DNA from: Magallana gigas
Taxonomy: Eukaryota
Direction: 5' to 3'
NCBI RefSeq assembly: GCF_963853765.1
Contig: NC_088857.1
Coordinates: 7,316,001 to 7,380,000 of the forward strand
Length of the DNA: 64,000 nucleotides
Part shown: positions 26,701 to 41,058 of the stretch, piece by piece
How positions within the stretch are numbered: the stretch's first letter is position 1
Layout: each line of letters opens with the position of its first letter
Notes under the pieces: generated by a model
The model's input: the letters and a program-made list of their open reading frames with translations, nothing else
What the model was told of the DNA's origin: nothing
Databases searched by the model: none
Position numbers and translations under genes: made by a program

Positions 26701-27178
26701 TATTATCTGACTGAACGATAAGTGAACACTGAATGAACGGTGAATGCTTTGTGAACGGAAAGACAAGCACAAGTGAATGCACGGAAAAATGGGAAAGTAG
26801 ATCGTTTCAGGGACTGTACATATATATATCAATGTACCATCTAAATTTGATATTTGGTTTGCCGGTAAATGAAATGTTTATCCAAAGTATTTTCAATTTT
26901 GATATCATGGCATGAAAGACAACTCTTGCTTATTGTAGAAACCCTTGTCAGTGCGAATTCTTCGGAATGAAAAAGAATTTAACGTAACTCTAACACCCAA
27001 AGCTTGGAGTGGGGGTGGTCTTCTCGGGTGAGTTCTTTCATATTCACATATAAACCAATTCATACATACATATGATTAATTATAATTCATCCGCTGTTTA
27101 GTGTATTGATCAAGCAACTAAATTGTAAAATTTTCTTTTTGTAATAGGTGCAGTTTTCTTCCAATCAAAAAGACGTGA
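23735..27178 (+). CDS. PSMD9: 26S proteasome non-ATPase regulatory subunit 9 (p27/Nas2 assembly chaperone), 6 exons
   Basis: Exons 23735-23827, 23907-24009, 24166-24362, 24855-24956, 26939-27027 and 27148-27178, all GT-AG and in frame. Motifs: [37 protein letters not shown]-like region (VDEGSPA…GL…D.ILKFGSV) and [14 protein letters not shown]. Confidence 0.95.
25325..26285 (+). mobile_element. Full-length Helentron/HINE-like element with central ~167-169-bp satellite monomers, in PSMD9 intron 4
   Basis: 5' AAACAAGAGG.CCATGGGCCACATCGCTCACCTGAG, tandem monomers (TCATGAATTTCACAACT at 25784 and 25953), ACAGACGGAC microsatellite, 3' stem-loop AGCTCACTTGAGCTTTCAGCTCAGGTGAG and a poly-A flank. Confidence 0.88.
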
Positions 27179-30100
27179 ATTTCTTTACATATATGTACAT
27201 CGATCCTTTTTGTAAATCTGGTCTCCATGTTACATAAAAAATACAATTGTCAATAAATCATATTCAAACTTCTACCTGTTCTTGTGTCATAAAATTTGCA
27301 GGAAAACTTTAAGATTTATTTCTGATCAGTGTATTTAAAGCTGTCAAAATTAAGTTAGTTTTTCCTTCTCCTTAAAGATATAAAATTGTATTAAATTCTT
27401 TTACTGTTTGTTATTGTAAGAAAGGTTTTTTAAGAAATAAAAAGCTGCAAGTTCGAAAAGTTACTAGGATATAATACTTGTTTATATTCCGACCAACTTC
27501 ATATCCAGGGAACTTTTTAAAATTGCTGTTTATTTATACTTATATTTAAGTTTGAGAAGTTAAATCTTTCAGAACTATATACATAACTATGTTTTTATGT
27601 TTCTAAGGAGGTAACCGTCAGTCCATAAGTTTGCGCAGTGATCATTGTGGCTTCAAAAATATAAACGATAATTGTTCCTCCATTCATCATATTGTGTTAT
27701 ACATTTTCAAAGAAAATGCAAAAATACATTTCTTTAAATTGCTACATTGAAAGAGTGGTCTGTGTTATATCCTAATGCACATTTGGCATATATAAATAAC
27801 AATACAGTTGGACTTGGCTATCTAGAACACCAAGATCAGGGATACCATGGACATATATGTATATGTCCAAGTGATCCTCCTTTAAATACTTCTTTTACTT
27901 AAATAACATGGATCCTCAAATATCTCGAAGATTTCTCTCTGTAAAATTAATGAGGTTTGACTGTATGTAAAATCTGTGGAATCCTCAATAATGTACACCT
28001 ATTTTTTCTTTAAAAAATTAAATTTAACCATCTCTATTGACAATTAAGAATACACTACATATCAATTTACAAATGTTATCAACCAACACAAAAAAAACAA
28101 CCCAACCAATTCTTTTAAAAATTTATTTTTCAATAATATATATGTCGTACAAGAACAAAACAAAATATAACATAGAAGATGTGTTTTTATGTGTATATAA
28201 AAGCATAACGAATAAGCTTGAACTATTTGTATATAAGGAGAAACATTGCAGACTTCCAAAATTATAGATGGTGCCAAAAACAGTGAAGAACATAAAAAAT
28301 GATAAATCATTGCACACATAAACAAGACGTGTTCTCAGAAAAATATCCAAGTTTAACATGATATTAGGCTTTAAATTGCCTCCCAATACAACTCATGAAA
28401 ACATTATTTTAGTATTGTAAAAAAAAAGACAAGATATAAACACCAAGATATTTGGTCTATAAACTAAACAAAAATAATGACTTTGAATGATAAATGCAGA
28501 ATTAACAAAAAATTAAATTAGCTGAAACAAGATTTTATAATAAAGCTAAGTCATACTACTTAGTCATTTCTGTAAATGCCTAGTATATAAAAAACAATTT
28601 GGTTTTTTTTTAACAGAAAATACAGCCAAGTATGTTTCTTATATGTTAAATTAATAAATTATTGATATTATTTTTTATATTACTTTATATATTATTTATT
28701 TAATTATTAAATACTTATGTATATGTAATACATTTAGAAATTGTTCAACATTCATATTTTTGGCTTGATAGGTATCTTCTGGTTTCAAAATAACGGTTTG
28801 CTGGGTTTTGGCATTGGTTTATAAATTGATATAAATCTGGAATACCAAACATAGTGAGATAAATTCCATCAGTATGATATGCAAAACTTTGCCATGATTA
28901 CCAGTATGAATTTAAAACCAAATGAGGTTATGTATCTGTGTGAGTTATGTTTTGCCTTTGTGATGTAAAGCTCATCCTAAAAAACTAACAGATTATTGGT
29001 TAACTCTGTACTCTATGTATTTTTATAACATTATAGCAGATTTAAATCATAATGAGCTGATGTTATTCTTTTCTTTGCAAAGCACTTTTAAACATTATCA
29101 TGCTATTGATCTATATTTCTATTGATATGACAATATTTTAAGATTGGCTGATCAGTTAAATAATGTTCAAGTGAAGGTGATTTAACATGTACAATTAATC
29201 TTCTAATTTGCTTTTAATTTTCTTGAAATAAATAAGAATAATTACATAACCATATAGATGAGGAAAATATATCTTGGTGGTGAAATTAATAAAAAGAACT
29301 TGTATTCTAAAGAATTAATGTTTTTGCTTATGTAAAAATATAAGTAAATTGTTTGTATGAAAATATATTTTTTAGTTCAATACCTTCCATATAGAATAAT
29401 ACAAAGAAAAGCACCACAGAAATTTCAACATACAATTCCTCAGTCAACTTCACAATGTGAAAACTATGATAAATTAGGGACAATATCTTGAAATGTTTAC
29501 ATGTACATAATCTAGTTTACTCTTGAAAACCCCTACATATTCACTTGTTGGTGTTAAATATTTTTTCCCCCAAAATTCCTCAAAATGTTTAATAGCCCAG
29601 CTAGTATATTATGAGATGATAAAAAGAGAGATAACCCTGACTTTTGATAACAATATCAGGTGTCAAAAATATCTTCAAAGTTTGAACACAGATGATATAA
29701 ATAAACATTAGTAGAAAAAGTAGAAAAAAGTCAAACATACCCACATAATATAATAAGAGAAAACTACAAATATCAGCTGTTATTGATTAGTCAAAATGAG
29801 TTGTGAAAACATTGGTGTAATTTAAAAAAATGACCAGAATTGCATGACCATGAGTTTTTGACTATTAGAAAATGCAGAATTTGAGTTTCATACATTGAAT
29901 AACAAACTGGTATCTTTCCCATTATATAGAACAAACAAAACAATGGCAGTAAAACAGAGAAGTCATTGTTACCATGGTGAGATTGCAGGGTGCATCAATG
30001 AAACACTGAGTGGCTATTTGACTACATATTATGCAAATGAACAATATTACTTGTAGCTTTGAGGATTGAACTCTAAGCGGTGACCACATCAAAAATATTT

Positions 30101-31112
30101 TTCTACCACTCTTTACCTCTATAATCAGTAAATTTCTAGAATGGTAATCTGAAAACTCAAACTGTTTTCTTCTTTAAATTAAAAAAAATTATCATGCAAT
30201 TACAAGACATATATCACAGTTTTTTTATAGCACTTCAGCATGATTTGGTCTTTAATCTACAATAACCAGTTCATTTTAAGTATAACAGACATGGAATGAA
30301 TGCACCAGTACAATGCCTTCCGCTACTAGGCTTAAACATTTTCCTGTGGACATGGTGAAGCTGATACCAGCGCATATACTACAGTAACCGATAAAATGTT
30401 TATGATGTTGTCCACCAGAATATTAGGAATTACATAAGTATCAACCGGTGTTACACTTTTAATGGAATGTCCCTCCAAATTTGTTTCAAATTTGATGAAC
30501 TTGTAATTACCATAAAACAAAATGTCCAAAACATATAGGTACATACAAACAGTCACGCGCAATTATGTTGTAGATACATGTATAAATACAATATAGCACT
30601 AGTTTGAAGTATATGTACAGACAGCTCATTTGAACTATAATCTTACATTGTACTCTTATTACCGGTATGATTACAAAAACGTAATGAAATATAAAAAATA
30701 CAAAATGTATTCAATATTGGTCCTTATTAGAGTTTAAATATCATAATTATCCTCTAAAAAAATTCCAGATTGACCAATTAAAACAAAGAAAGTGTTTCTT
30801 TGTATTACAACCAGTCAACCTGCAAACAGAAGGGCTGGTAGGTATGTGAAACATTTTATATTAACATTATTAACATGTCAATTTATACTTTGTTTTCAAA
30901 CTACCATAAAACATCTATTACAAATTCTAAAATCATTACTTTCTTTAAATATGATCATCAAAATTCTGCTTATGGTATATAATTTTGCTTCAGTTTGAGA
31001 ACTAGAAACACCCTGTCTGTTTTGGACTCTGGTAAAAAAAAAAACAAAACCTACATAGTTCACTTATATTATGCCAATTCAAAATCTAACAAGATAATTA
31101 TTAAATAGTTAT

Positions 31113-32090
31113 CTACTTAAATTTTTTGAAAATCAATTTTAATTTGAAGGAGAAGAAGGCAATGATGAGGCTATTGACGGCCATGACGGACAGAATCACG
31201 CCTATGGTACTCCACGCGGAGCTGTACTCCCAGCTGCTCTCTGACAGCTCGGCTCGGCGGGCCTTCATGTCATACAGAATGGCCTGCATTTGGTCCATGG
31301 TTCCTAGAATAGAACACACGTGAAACAGTTGGTGGCTGTGGCCTATGATATCGAATCGGCCAGGGTTAAGTCGCTCCGGAAGATGACTAGCGTACAGAAA
31401 TGCAGCAAGGAGAGCAAACACAAACTGTCGCGCATGAATGAACTGTGACTGAAGCAGGCACTCGTGTGGATTACAGAAAAAGAGACGGTACAAGATGGGA
31501 ATACTGTCATAGCAGTAGGGCCAAGCAAAGGCACCCAGGCGCATGACTTTTCTCAAGGTGCTGGGAGGCATGAAGCGGGTTTGGCAGGAGGCGATGGTAC
31601 ATATCACACTGTTAATTAAGGCCATGTCAGTGTAATGGTGTCCAAACCAAGTGTTCCTCAGATCCGAAGGGAAGCAATATGCTCTGTAGGCTATGGCAAC
31701 TCCAAGACTGAAAATACTCAGAGCACCGTAATCCATGAAAAAACAGATATGTCTGGCCAAGTCTGACATTGTGTTGAAGGTGTGGGCTGTAGCGCTGGCC
31801 AAGGGAAAGATGATACACACAAACATGTATGTGAGCAGTGGCCAGGTGTAGCTATCATGCTTGAAATCCAGCGTATCCGAGAGGTCACGCAAGATCCAAA
31901 GGAAATACCAGGAGGGCAGGAAATGAGTCCAGAAGTTGAGGGTTTCATTGGTGGCATCAAACACACTGAGGATGCACTGAAAAGGGGTGCTCTTAGGGTG
32001 GCGGTAGCCGCTGATGATGAAATGCTCATGGAAATGTTCTGGAACCTGGTGGACCTTGTAGGTGGGACCGGAAAGTCCGACTGGAGCCAT
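31113..32090 (-). CDS. PAQR5: Progestin and adipoQ receptor, class II (membrane progestin receptor gamma-like); single coding exon visible
   Basis: 325-aa ORF with PAQR motifs (FIISGYR, NETLNFWTH, SATAHTF, FFMDYGA, HLPERLNPGRFDIIGHSHQLFH) and multiple TM helices. An acceptor at 32107-32109 means a few extra N-terminal residues or a 5' UTR exon may lie upstream. Assignment among PAQR5/6/9 is uncertain. Confidence 0.88.
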   Translation of the reverse strand: MAPVGLSGPTYKVHQVPEHFHEHFIISGYRHPKSTPFQCILSVFDATNETLNFWTHFLPSWYFLWILRDLSDTLDFKHDSYTWPLLTYMFVCIIFPLASATAHTFNTMSDLARHICFFMDYGALSIFSLGVAIAYRAYCFPSDLRNTWFGHHYTDMALINSVICTIASCQTRFMPPSTLRKVMRLGAFAWPYCYDSIPILYRLFFCNPHECLLQSQFIHARQFVFALLAAFLYASHLPERLNPGRFDIIGHSHQLFHVCSILGTMDQMQAILYDMKARRAELSESSWEYSSAWSTIGVILSVMAVNSLIIAFFSFKLKLIFKKFK

Positions 32091-32819
32091 CCTGGTCAGC
32101 TTCTCCCTGGAAAAAGAACACCACTTCTATATATATTGGTAAATCATAATTCTGTACTAATAACGAAGAATTCTTATACTGTCTACCAATACAAGCAAAT
32201 GCTGAAAAAGAAACAAAGTTTATAGATATACATGTATTGATAAGATAAATTTCATTTAATTTCTTACAATAATGAATGCTGGATAATGGCTACATTTAAT
32301 CAATCACAACTCTCTGTTATCCACACAACCATTCTAATGCTTCATTAATTGATTTTACGTACATCAATGAAAAGTGAAGTAAATAATATGTTCATCAAAT
32401 CCTTGAAGCATAAACAGTCTCTATGTTAGTTCTCTAAAGCTTTGGCATCACATCAAAATATGAAATCAATAGGTACATATAACTCTCTCTGTAGTTGTCT
32501 CTAGTCAGTCTGGGCTAGATCTCGCTGATTAAACGTAAAACATTAGATGATTAAATCACGCTGTTTCATTAGGGTATCTGTGTATCCAGGTTTAAAGAAT
32601 GGAAGCAGAAGAATCGAGAAGCAAATTCCAGGGAGAGTGAAACCAATGTTTTTTCAAACTGAGATGAGCAAATGTTAGAGTTAGAGAGAGAAAACAAGTT
32701 ATTGAATCAATATACAACAAGATCAGGGCCTGAACTGTTTGAAAATGTTTGTCAATATTTCAGGTGCAGTGATACATGTAGTTAAATGATTCATGTCTAT
32801 AAGTTATCTAATACTAACA

Positions 32820-32985
32820 ATTTTGTCTCTAAAAATTAAAGTAGAAGGGAGAAATAAAAAAGTAGAAGGGGATCTAAAGGTCTAGCTTATAGCTAGATTG
32901 TGTTTGAAATGCAATAATAGCCGGGTAATTACGTCACTTTAGGCGGGGGAATTCCCCGCCTCCCGGGTCTTATAGACAACCCTGT
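32820..32985 (-). mobile_element. ~165-bp MITE (CAGGGTTGTCT TIR family), degenerate copy
   Basis: Reverse-complement match to 37741-37907. Confidence 0.7.
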
Positions 32986-35639
32986 AATAGATCTACAATC
33001 CATACAAAATGATCAAATTCCTCATTTTAGTATCTCTTACACATACGTAACAGCTTAACTTTGAGGATTTATGCCCAATTAATGTATGCCATTCAATGTA
33101 GCACATCTGTTTTTCATTTTAAATAGATAATCAATTGTCATGTGATGATATACGAAGATGTAAATTAAAACTAATTAAAGAATAAATCAAGTTTTTGCAG
33201 TTATAGCTCTTAAGAAGTACTTAACTGTAGTAAAAATTGACGTCAACTGTTATCTATAAATTAATTCTATAAACATATTTCAAAGCACATTTCACAATTA
33301 TTTTTTATCCAAGATGATTAATTGAAGCATTTTTAAATAACATCCGGTTGTATATAGGATGCCCCCTCCTGTGTCGGGCAGAATTTATCTTCCTTGTCTA
33401 GTATCACATGATTTAATTTCCTTTGAGTAATTAAAATAATGAATAAATAGAATATTTTTTCTTTAAATCTTTATGAAGCTGACACATTCACTTCTAAAAC
33501 AAATCCATATCATTTCACAAGGTAGGTTTATCAGACATATACGTCTCTATAAATGAAAGAATACCTGCAAACACTATCAATCAAATTCCAGATTTCACGC
33601 TTCAACTTCCACAAACATTTTGAATTTTTGTCAACAGTTTCACTTGAGAGATCAACAGGCATTCCAGTGCAACTCATACAAATGATTTAACACCAGTAAA
33701 TACAAGTCCTGTGTATGGCAGGGTTACTGAGGAAACAACTCAGAAAGGAGTTCTGATTTGTTGATCATGTAGTATCCTGTCATCTTAACATCTAACCCAC
33801 TTCTCTCATTGGTGATACGAGTCTAACAGTTTACACTCGGCAGATAATAACTGTTTTACTTGAAAACATTAAAAAAAAGCCTGGGGTACCTTCAGCCAGC
33901 GCTTTGCTTTGGTCATGAGTGTGACAAATTAGCAAAGAATGTTAACACACGACAAGTGTCATTTTAAAATGCAGCTTTAAAGTTGACTCATTACAGGACA
34001 GCAGAAGAATACTCATACATATTTAAGTGGTAATAAGCAATCTATTTGACTAGGTTTTTTTATTTTAATATTATTTATATCATTCTTACCACATTCTTTG
34101 CAGCAATCAAAACAATCCAGCAAAATTAGGAATTAATAGATTCATGCTCCCCTGAATGTCAAATCAAGAAAAAAAATGCAAGCCAAGTGATTTTATTGGA
34201 ATCTAATGGAGCATTCAAGTGAGGGTTGCCATAATATAGTGTCACCACAATACAGCCGAAAACACAGCTTATTACCTGGCACATGTATATATACTCAACT
34301 GTATACCTGAATACAGAAAGTTGTCACAGCTGACATCACAATTTAAATATACACAAAAAAATTTCAAACAAATTACGAAGAAGAGCTCTTACATCAGTGT
34401 ATGCTCTTGAAATCACATGTTATGGCACAATTACACAGAAAGTGGAGAAACCATACACAAAGTTGCCAGTTCCTGGGTGAAATTTAAATTCTCTCATGGA
34501 TCTAGGTCACTAATCCTACCCCGCCTTTATGAAGATGACAATTAACATTACAGACTTTCTATTGACAGAAAACGCACCTGATCAATTCTTAAACAATACA
34601 GCGCTGGACAAATATTTAGACATCTCCAGTGACGATTCAATCAGACCGCCTTGACTACTGTGCAATCAATGAGATGATGTCATTAATGTATGGTCTAGTT
34701 CCCACTGTCATGTACTAATCACTTCAATAATAATAATATTATATGTCAAGATTTACTTTGCCGACGATCTATAGCCTTTGACAATTAATTCGGAATAAGA
34801 CTCCCTCATTCTTCTAAAACAATATTAACTAAAATAGTGACACTACTGTTGACTGAGGTTATTCTTTGTGAACTCTAATGCTTCAGATGAGCAACACCCT
34901 TTCATTAGAGTATGGCTGACTTTGTGTTAAGTTTTAATTCAAAGTTTGGGATATCTTATATCTACCACTATGGCAGAAGAATGGCTAAAGCTGCGCATGA
35001 CTGCAGCTCTATACAGAAAATTTAGGTAGACCGGCCAATCAACCTGAGCAACAGCTCTGAACCTAAAATAAAACTTAATAAAATATAATGGGTAATTCTA
35101 TGCCACTTCTTCAATAAATTATACAAAAAGAAACAGATTTTTTTGGTAACTGTTCTTTAAAAATAGGCGGGTGTGGAGGTTTGCCTAGGCCAATTTTCCT
35201 ATTCATCTGTTGCAAGACATCAGTATATCGAGGAGTCTATTTTTTTCTTTTAATCAAATCTTAATATTATGCACATTAAGATATTCAATTTGTGGAAACT
35301 TAAGCTGTTGTTATTTGAACATCATTGATCGATCAGCTAGTTCTGGAACTGGAAGTATGAAATATTGGCATATCTCACTATTTCATGCTCTGTGCAATGA
35401 AACAATGTCCACATAATATGAGCCATTACCTCCATAATTTACATCTGAAGCAAGTATACAGCAATAAAACTAAAGAGTGCTAATAGCTAGGACTGCTGTG
35501 TTGGATAACAAGTCAGAGTCGTGTGTGTTATAATGACAAGTTCTATGTCTCCACCCACACGAACCAGTAAAACGTGTAAACTCTATCACTACTTGGTCTC
35601 CTCACAACCTTGTCAGAAAAAAAAGATACCAATCTTCTG

Positions 35640-35712
35640 TACCCTTGTAAACATCAACACCGCCATCAATGTTTTTTACCCTTGTTAACATCAACACCGC
35701 CATCAATGTTCT
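35640..35712. repeat. Short tandem duplication (~35 bp x2)
   Basis: ACCCTTGT(A/T)AACATCAACACCGCCATCAATGTT occurs twice. Confidence 0.8.
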
Positions 35713-37740
35713 AAGGAGACCTGGCACTCCTACTTTGGATGCGAAACAGCACTAGATTTTTGGTGATCATAGAATTTATTTGCAGGTACTGCAAATTTTG
35801 AAACAACCTCAAATACTGACACAAACACACGACAAAAATATTTTGTGATTAAAAATATCCTATCCTTGAATAATAAACATATAGGTATATATATATATCA
35901 TAATATGCATGTACAATGTAGATACATGCATTGATATTGCTGTATTTTTGTGCTACCGGTATATTAAAAATGTCTTTGGATAAACTAAACAAGGACATTC
36001 ATTATAAGACAAACATGGAGCAGTGGACGGAGTGGTCTTTTATATTATATCAACATCTGCTGTAAATTCCTACATTACTCATAGTATATAGATCATTCAT
36101 TGAAAAGACGGCGTTGAATATATTAAACTTTCAACCTGACTGAGTTTGACTAAATTCAGACTCGACTTTCTGTAGGGTGCTATGAGATGTCACTGTGCAA
36201 TTGAGTAAGTGCACCTGGATCTTCAGTAAAAATTTGATTAATTGTAGATCTAACTTCTGGATTCTTAAGAACCATACCCCTAGTCTCCTAATCTCAAACT
36301 TGTCATCTAAATTGGCTGTGTTGGAAGGTAACATCCATTGATTTCAAATACTTCTAGGCTTACATAGGCATTGCCTGCTGCCTAATCCATTTATGTAAAA
36401 TGTAAATGTATATTTGCATAATAAAAAATGTTCAAATAAAAAAAACAAAACTTCTAGAATACAAAATAACACAGGTACCCTGTGTAGACAGTAAATGTGG
36501 GGTGGTCAGTGGTTCACACAGTACCCCAATCGGTGACCATGGTGACAGCCATACTTATCTGTGGCATATATGTATTAAGTTTATCGATAATTTAAACGGG
36601 ACAGACAGGGCAAAAACAAGTTTATCTTTATTTTTAATAATGCAGCAAAATCTATCTAAAAATCCAGAGCATCCCCCCCCCCCAACTCCACAATCATGCA
36701 GGGCTTTGTCATCTATAGTCTGTCCCAAGTTATTGCTTCCGTCACTTTTTGATGATTTTTAATAAAAATACACATACCTGTCAGGCAGTGATGGAAGTAC
36801 AGTTGAAATCAATGAAATGGAAAATATCTAAGATATCTTCATTGACAAATTATCCCTTTTCACTCATAAAATTTCGCAGGAATGAAAACAAATTTCTTAC
36901 GGAGTTTTGTAATGAGAAATGTTTACATCTTTTCTCCATTCGGAAGTACTCGGGACACCTCGTGCAATTTTTCAACGTTATCGTCCGGGCTTATTAATGG
37001 CTGGTGCAATGCAAAATATCCGTAGACTTTTTATTTTGGGATGTCTTTTGAAACCTGAAGCGGTAGAGGGGGCATTTCAAAACAGATAATCTGGACAAAT
37101 TTCATATTATTGGATGAACGTAGTTTGAGCACAAAGGTATTTATCATTGAAATATCAAGCGAAAAGTGGTGGAAGCAAAAACTCGGGACATAGTATAATA
37201 GGAGTGACCATGTTCTGTTTTCTAGTTATTTGATGTATGTGAAAATGAGCCAAGAAAATTATGAAAATTAAAGTGTGACTGTGTCACTACCTCAGTTTGC
37301 AACACACCGAAGAAGAAGCCAATTAATCACAATAATAGTATTAATATATCTCCCCAAAACAGGAGCACAAAACTGTCAAGAGTCAATTATTCATTAAAAC
37401 AACATGTGTGATTATTTACTTGTTACTTGTAACACCTACAGTAATTATAACAGTTTATTTTATGCTTTGAATTATAAACCTGTAAAACACAAAACTTGGG
37501 TTTCAAAAAGATGGACCAACATTTGTACTTTAGCAGCTATTGAAGTCTTTGGGAATAGGTGATGGTGAATTTAAGATTCATAAACTGACAGTGAAATAGC
37601 AAAGTATGCTAAATTGTGTTTTGATGCTTATTGTTAATATCTTATATCCTAGACATACGTTTTACATTGAACAAATTAAAGAAATTAAGATTAAAAATTT
37701 GTATTTCCCAGTATTTCCCAGTTTAGTGAAAATCAGTAGT

Positions 37741-37907
37741 CAGGGTTGTCTCTAAGACCTGGGAGGCGGGGAATTTCCCCACCTAAAGTGACATAATTAC
37801 CCGGCTATTTTTTCATTTCAAACACAATCTAGCTATATGCTAGACCCCTAGACCCCCTTCTACTTTTTTATTTCTTCCTTCTACTTCAATTTTTAGAGAC
37901 AACCCTG
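37741..37907 (+). mobile_element. 167-bp MITE with 14-bp TIR CAGGGTTGTCTCTA/TAGAGACAACCCTG and apparent AGTAGT duplication
   Basis: TIRs are directly visible, and both flanks read AGTAGT. It sits within another GGTAAATACCGG/CCCAGT-rich repeat. Confidence 0.8.
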
Positions 37908-38941
37908 AGTAGTAATATTTACTGGGATGGGAAATACCGGTATTTACCACCGGTAATTCCCAGCACTGGTATTTCCTGGTCAACCCTGTGACCATCTTAA
38001 TAACATAAGGTTTCTAAAACTGCGAACACATAAAACTGTCTTAACTTTAGCTGCAGTTCCTATTATCCAAAAATTGAGACAGATCAATCTCTACATTCAT
38101 CAGTAATGACAGTTCATTGCAAAATTTGGGTGTGGCTGAAGAATCAACTTTGGATCGAGATACGAGATTTTCAAGAGTTTCTCACCATCCTTCCAATAAT
38201 AACTAAATAAAAATGTTAAATTCACACACAAAATTCCTAATATATATACGCATCCAAATGGATAAACTTCCTGCATATTTAATGTTTAAACGACGTGTTG
38301 ACCGCACATGCAAATTAAGCCGTCAAAATAACACGCGATAACAGATCAGTACAAGTGCAAGCGACCACCTACCTATCCATCGGATTTTCCTTAAGGTTTG
38401 ACATTATAAACATTCGCTAAATAAAGTCCATCGTGAGGTCAAGTTGATGATTTTACACGCCAAACTCTCAGCGTGTATCTGCACCAATGAGTATGTCTAA
38501 ATAACGAAATCTGGCAACTAAACGTCAGGAGAGCTAATATCCGAAAAAGATCCTAAATGACATATCGTTTTATCATGTTCATCCTTGCATTATTTACACC
38601 CCCTGTTAAATTTAATCTTAATTTCTTTCTTTATGAGATTATTTCCAGTTTTCAAAATGTAGTTTTATTATTTTACAAGACAGGGATGGTTAGCATATCA
38701 TGTATGATCAATATAAAATTTTCAGATGTAAAATAATTTCAAAAGAGACAGTTTATAAACTTTTCAGAAATTGAATATTGGGTTTTAGTTTAGTTTAAAC
38801 AATATTTATTGATATTTCACAATAGCAGGTATAGGTCCTATGTATTTGGCATTAAGTACATTAATAAGATTGGGAAACAAGCCACGCAAAAGGCTTAAAT
38901 ACAAATCCGTCTCTTAGATAAGAAAAAATATGAAAAGTGCA

Positions 38942-39521
38942 AAGGACTATGTGCGGTTTTATGCATTTTTTGCCCCCAAAATCAAAGTTTTAGAAAGAGC
39001 TTTACAATTAAAGTGAAAGATAGTTAAAATCATATTGGAAGTAAAGGTGTAAAAGGTTATCACCACAGTGACGTCATAATGTAGGAATGACGTCATGAAG
39101 ATTGCATTATTTTGATAAATTGGTATTTTGCAGCAAAATATGGGTGTTTTCCGATGGTTTTTCGACTGGGAAACATCGAGCGCAGGCTTGCTCAAGTACC
39201 ATTTTTTAGTATAACGTGTATAACTATCTAAAGAAAAACATACGTTAAAATCGCACTTGAGCAGACCTGCGCTCTATACTTCCGAATGCAAAATATAGAG
39301 CAAAAATGAGAATATTTTCATTTGTTTGCAAATTTGCGGGAATTGGGCCATTTAGGTGACGTCATAGATAAACAGCGAATGGGCAATGATGACTAAAATC
39401 AATATTGAAGTTATAGGCATCCTCTATACAATGATTTGTGAAGATTTTATTTTTATACGATACTATTTAAAAATTGGTTGAAATCGGGGGCAGATATTTG
39501 ACCATACCGCACATAGTCCTT
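38942..39521. mobile_element. ~580-bp MITE with 16-bp TIR
   Basis: AAGGACTATGTGCGGT … ACCGCACATAGTCCTT. No clean target-site duplication. Confidence 0.75.
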
Positions 39522-39662
39522 ACATGTATGTATGATTGAATAATGAACCAGAAAACTTATATACTATAAGAAAAACATTACAGTCATGTTCAGAACAATT
39601 TGAAGTAAAACTCCAAAGGAAATACATGTATGTAATACATCCCTGTATAAATATATCCAAGC

Positions 39663-39754
39663 ATCTTCCCAAGTCAAGGGTTTCTGACCCGCATAGCTTC
39701 TTACAAACTTTGTGAGAAGCTATGCGGATCAGAAACCCTTGACTTGGGAAGATG
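39663..39754. repeat. Near-perfect hairpin (~45-bp arms, tiny loop)
   Basis: CATCTTCCCAAGTCAAGGGTTTCTGA…CAAA/TTTG…TCAGAAACCCTTGACTTGGGAAGATG. Confidence 0.8.
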
Positions 39755-41058
39755 ATATCCTAGATGCTTTTATACGTATTAAGAGAATATAATTAAGTAG
39801 AAAAAGTGTCGAGGTTACACTAGGTACCCTGAAATCATTTAATGTCGATGATAAATTTTTGAACCATATAAAAAATGTATTTGTTATCATTATCGCTAAG
39901 ATTGGGAGACTCATTGGTTCTTGAAAACCCTGAATTATTATGCTTCGGAGTCAGTATTGTGGTCCAGCCACGTTTCATTCAATGTTATGATATCAAACCC
40001 CCCGAATTCCGCTTGAATAATATCAATTTTATTACTATAACACTTTGAACATTGTCATTATTGGGTATTATTCCGCTATGACCACTGATTTAATGTTTCT
40101 TATGTCATATTTGGTATAATACCTCTAAATGAGGGTAATAAAGTTGTTAACTTTATATTTTTGTATACCAAACAGTATATTTTTAACAGTTTGAAAAAAA
40201 AGAAGATCAGGCCCTTACTTTCTTGAAAGAGCTATTACAACACATTTATTTCAAATATACATGTATGAAGATACTTTCAAAGATATGTGTATGTCAAATA
40301 AATCATGCGAAAATTGAAAATTTGACAATGATTGGTCAAAGTGGAAAAATATTTTTGAACCTTACTTTTTTGGAAAACACCGAAACGTGTTTCTGATAAT
40401 ATATAAGTTGCAAGCATAGTGCTAGAAACAGTCACTTTGTTTCTTGGTTTCATTGTAATAATTATGAAAATGAAAATAAAATTAATATAAAAAAAAATCC
40501 TGAAGTTTCCGCTGAAAAATCAATTTGCTTTATTTCAGCAGAGACATAAATTATGTCTCTGATTTCAGTGCTCATTATTTTAACCATGCATTCTACAGAC
40601 ATGCATATATACATGTTCATATATACAATCAAGCAACTACTGTTACAGTTTCCAAGTTATTATATCCAATCGGCATATATACATGTATTTATAAAAAAGA
40701 TTACAAGTATCAAATTTGTTTTGTTTTTGTTTTTGGTTTGTTTGTTGTTTTTTTACATTTTTTTAAAGCTGAAAAAATAAAGGTAACCATCTTTTGATGG
40801 TAAAATCATATTTTAAAAGGGTTTCTTTACTGATCAATTAAATAAAAAGTAAGTGAAACAGACCACCGTATCCGACCCGGATGTTTTTTGTTTGTACGCA
40901 CACAATTTGTAGTTTAGTTAGATGATAATCGTTTCCTGTGTTATATAAACGAGAAAATCATTATGATATTGTGATTACTTATTTACTAGATGTCTGATAT
41001 ATTCATGTGTTTTGAATGCTAAATCTTATTAAAGATCTTAATTAAAGAAAAAACCGAA

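Noticed and set aside
31126-32225. Overlapping ORFs of 63-147 aa on both strands at the PAQR locus
   Set aside because: Shadow ORFs of the GC-richer PAQR coding exon, with no recognisable motifs.
36777-38340. Upstream exons or promoter of the PAQR gene
   Set aside because: A donor-like site near 36777 and a CpG-richer patch near 38300 are suggestive, but cannot be assigned without transcript data.
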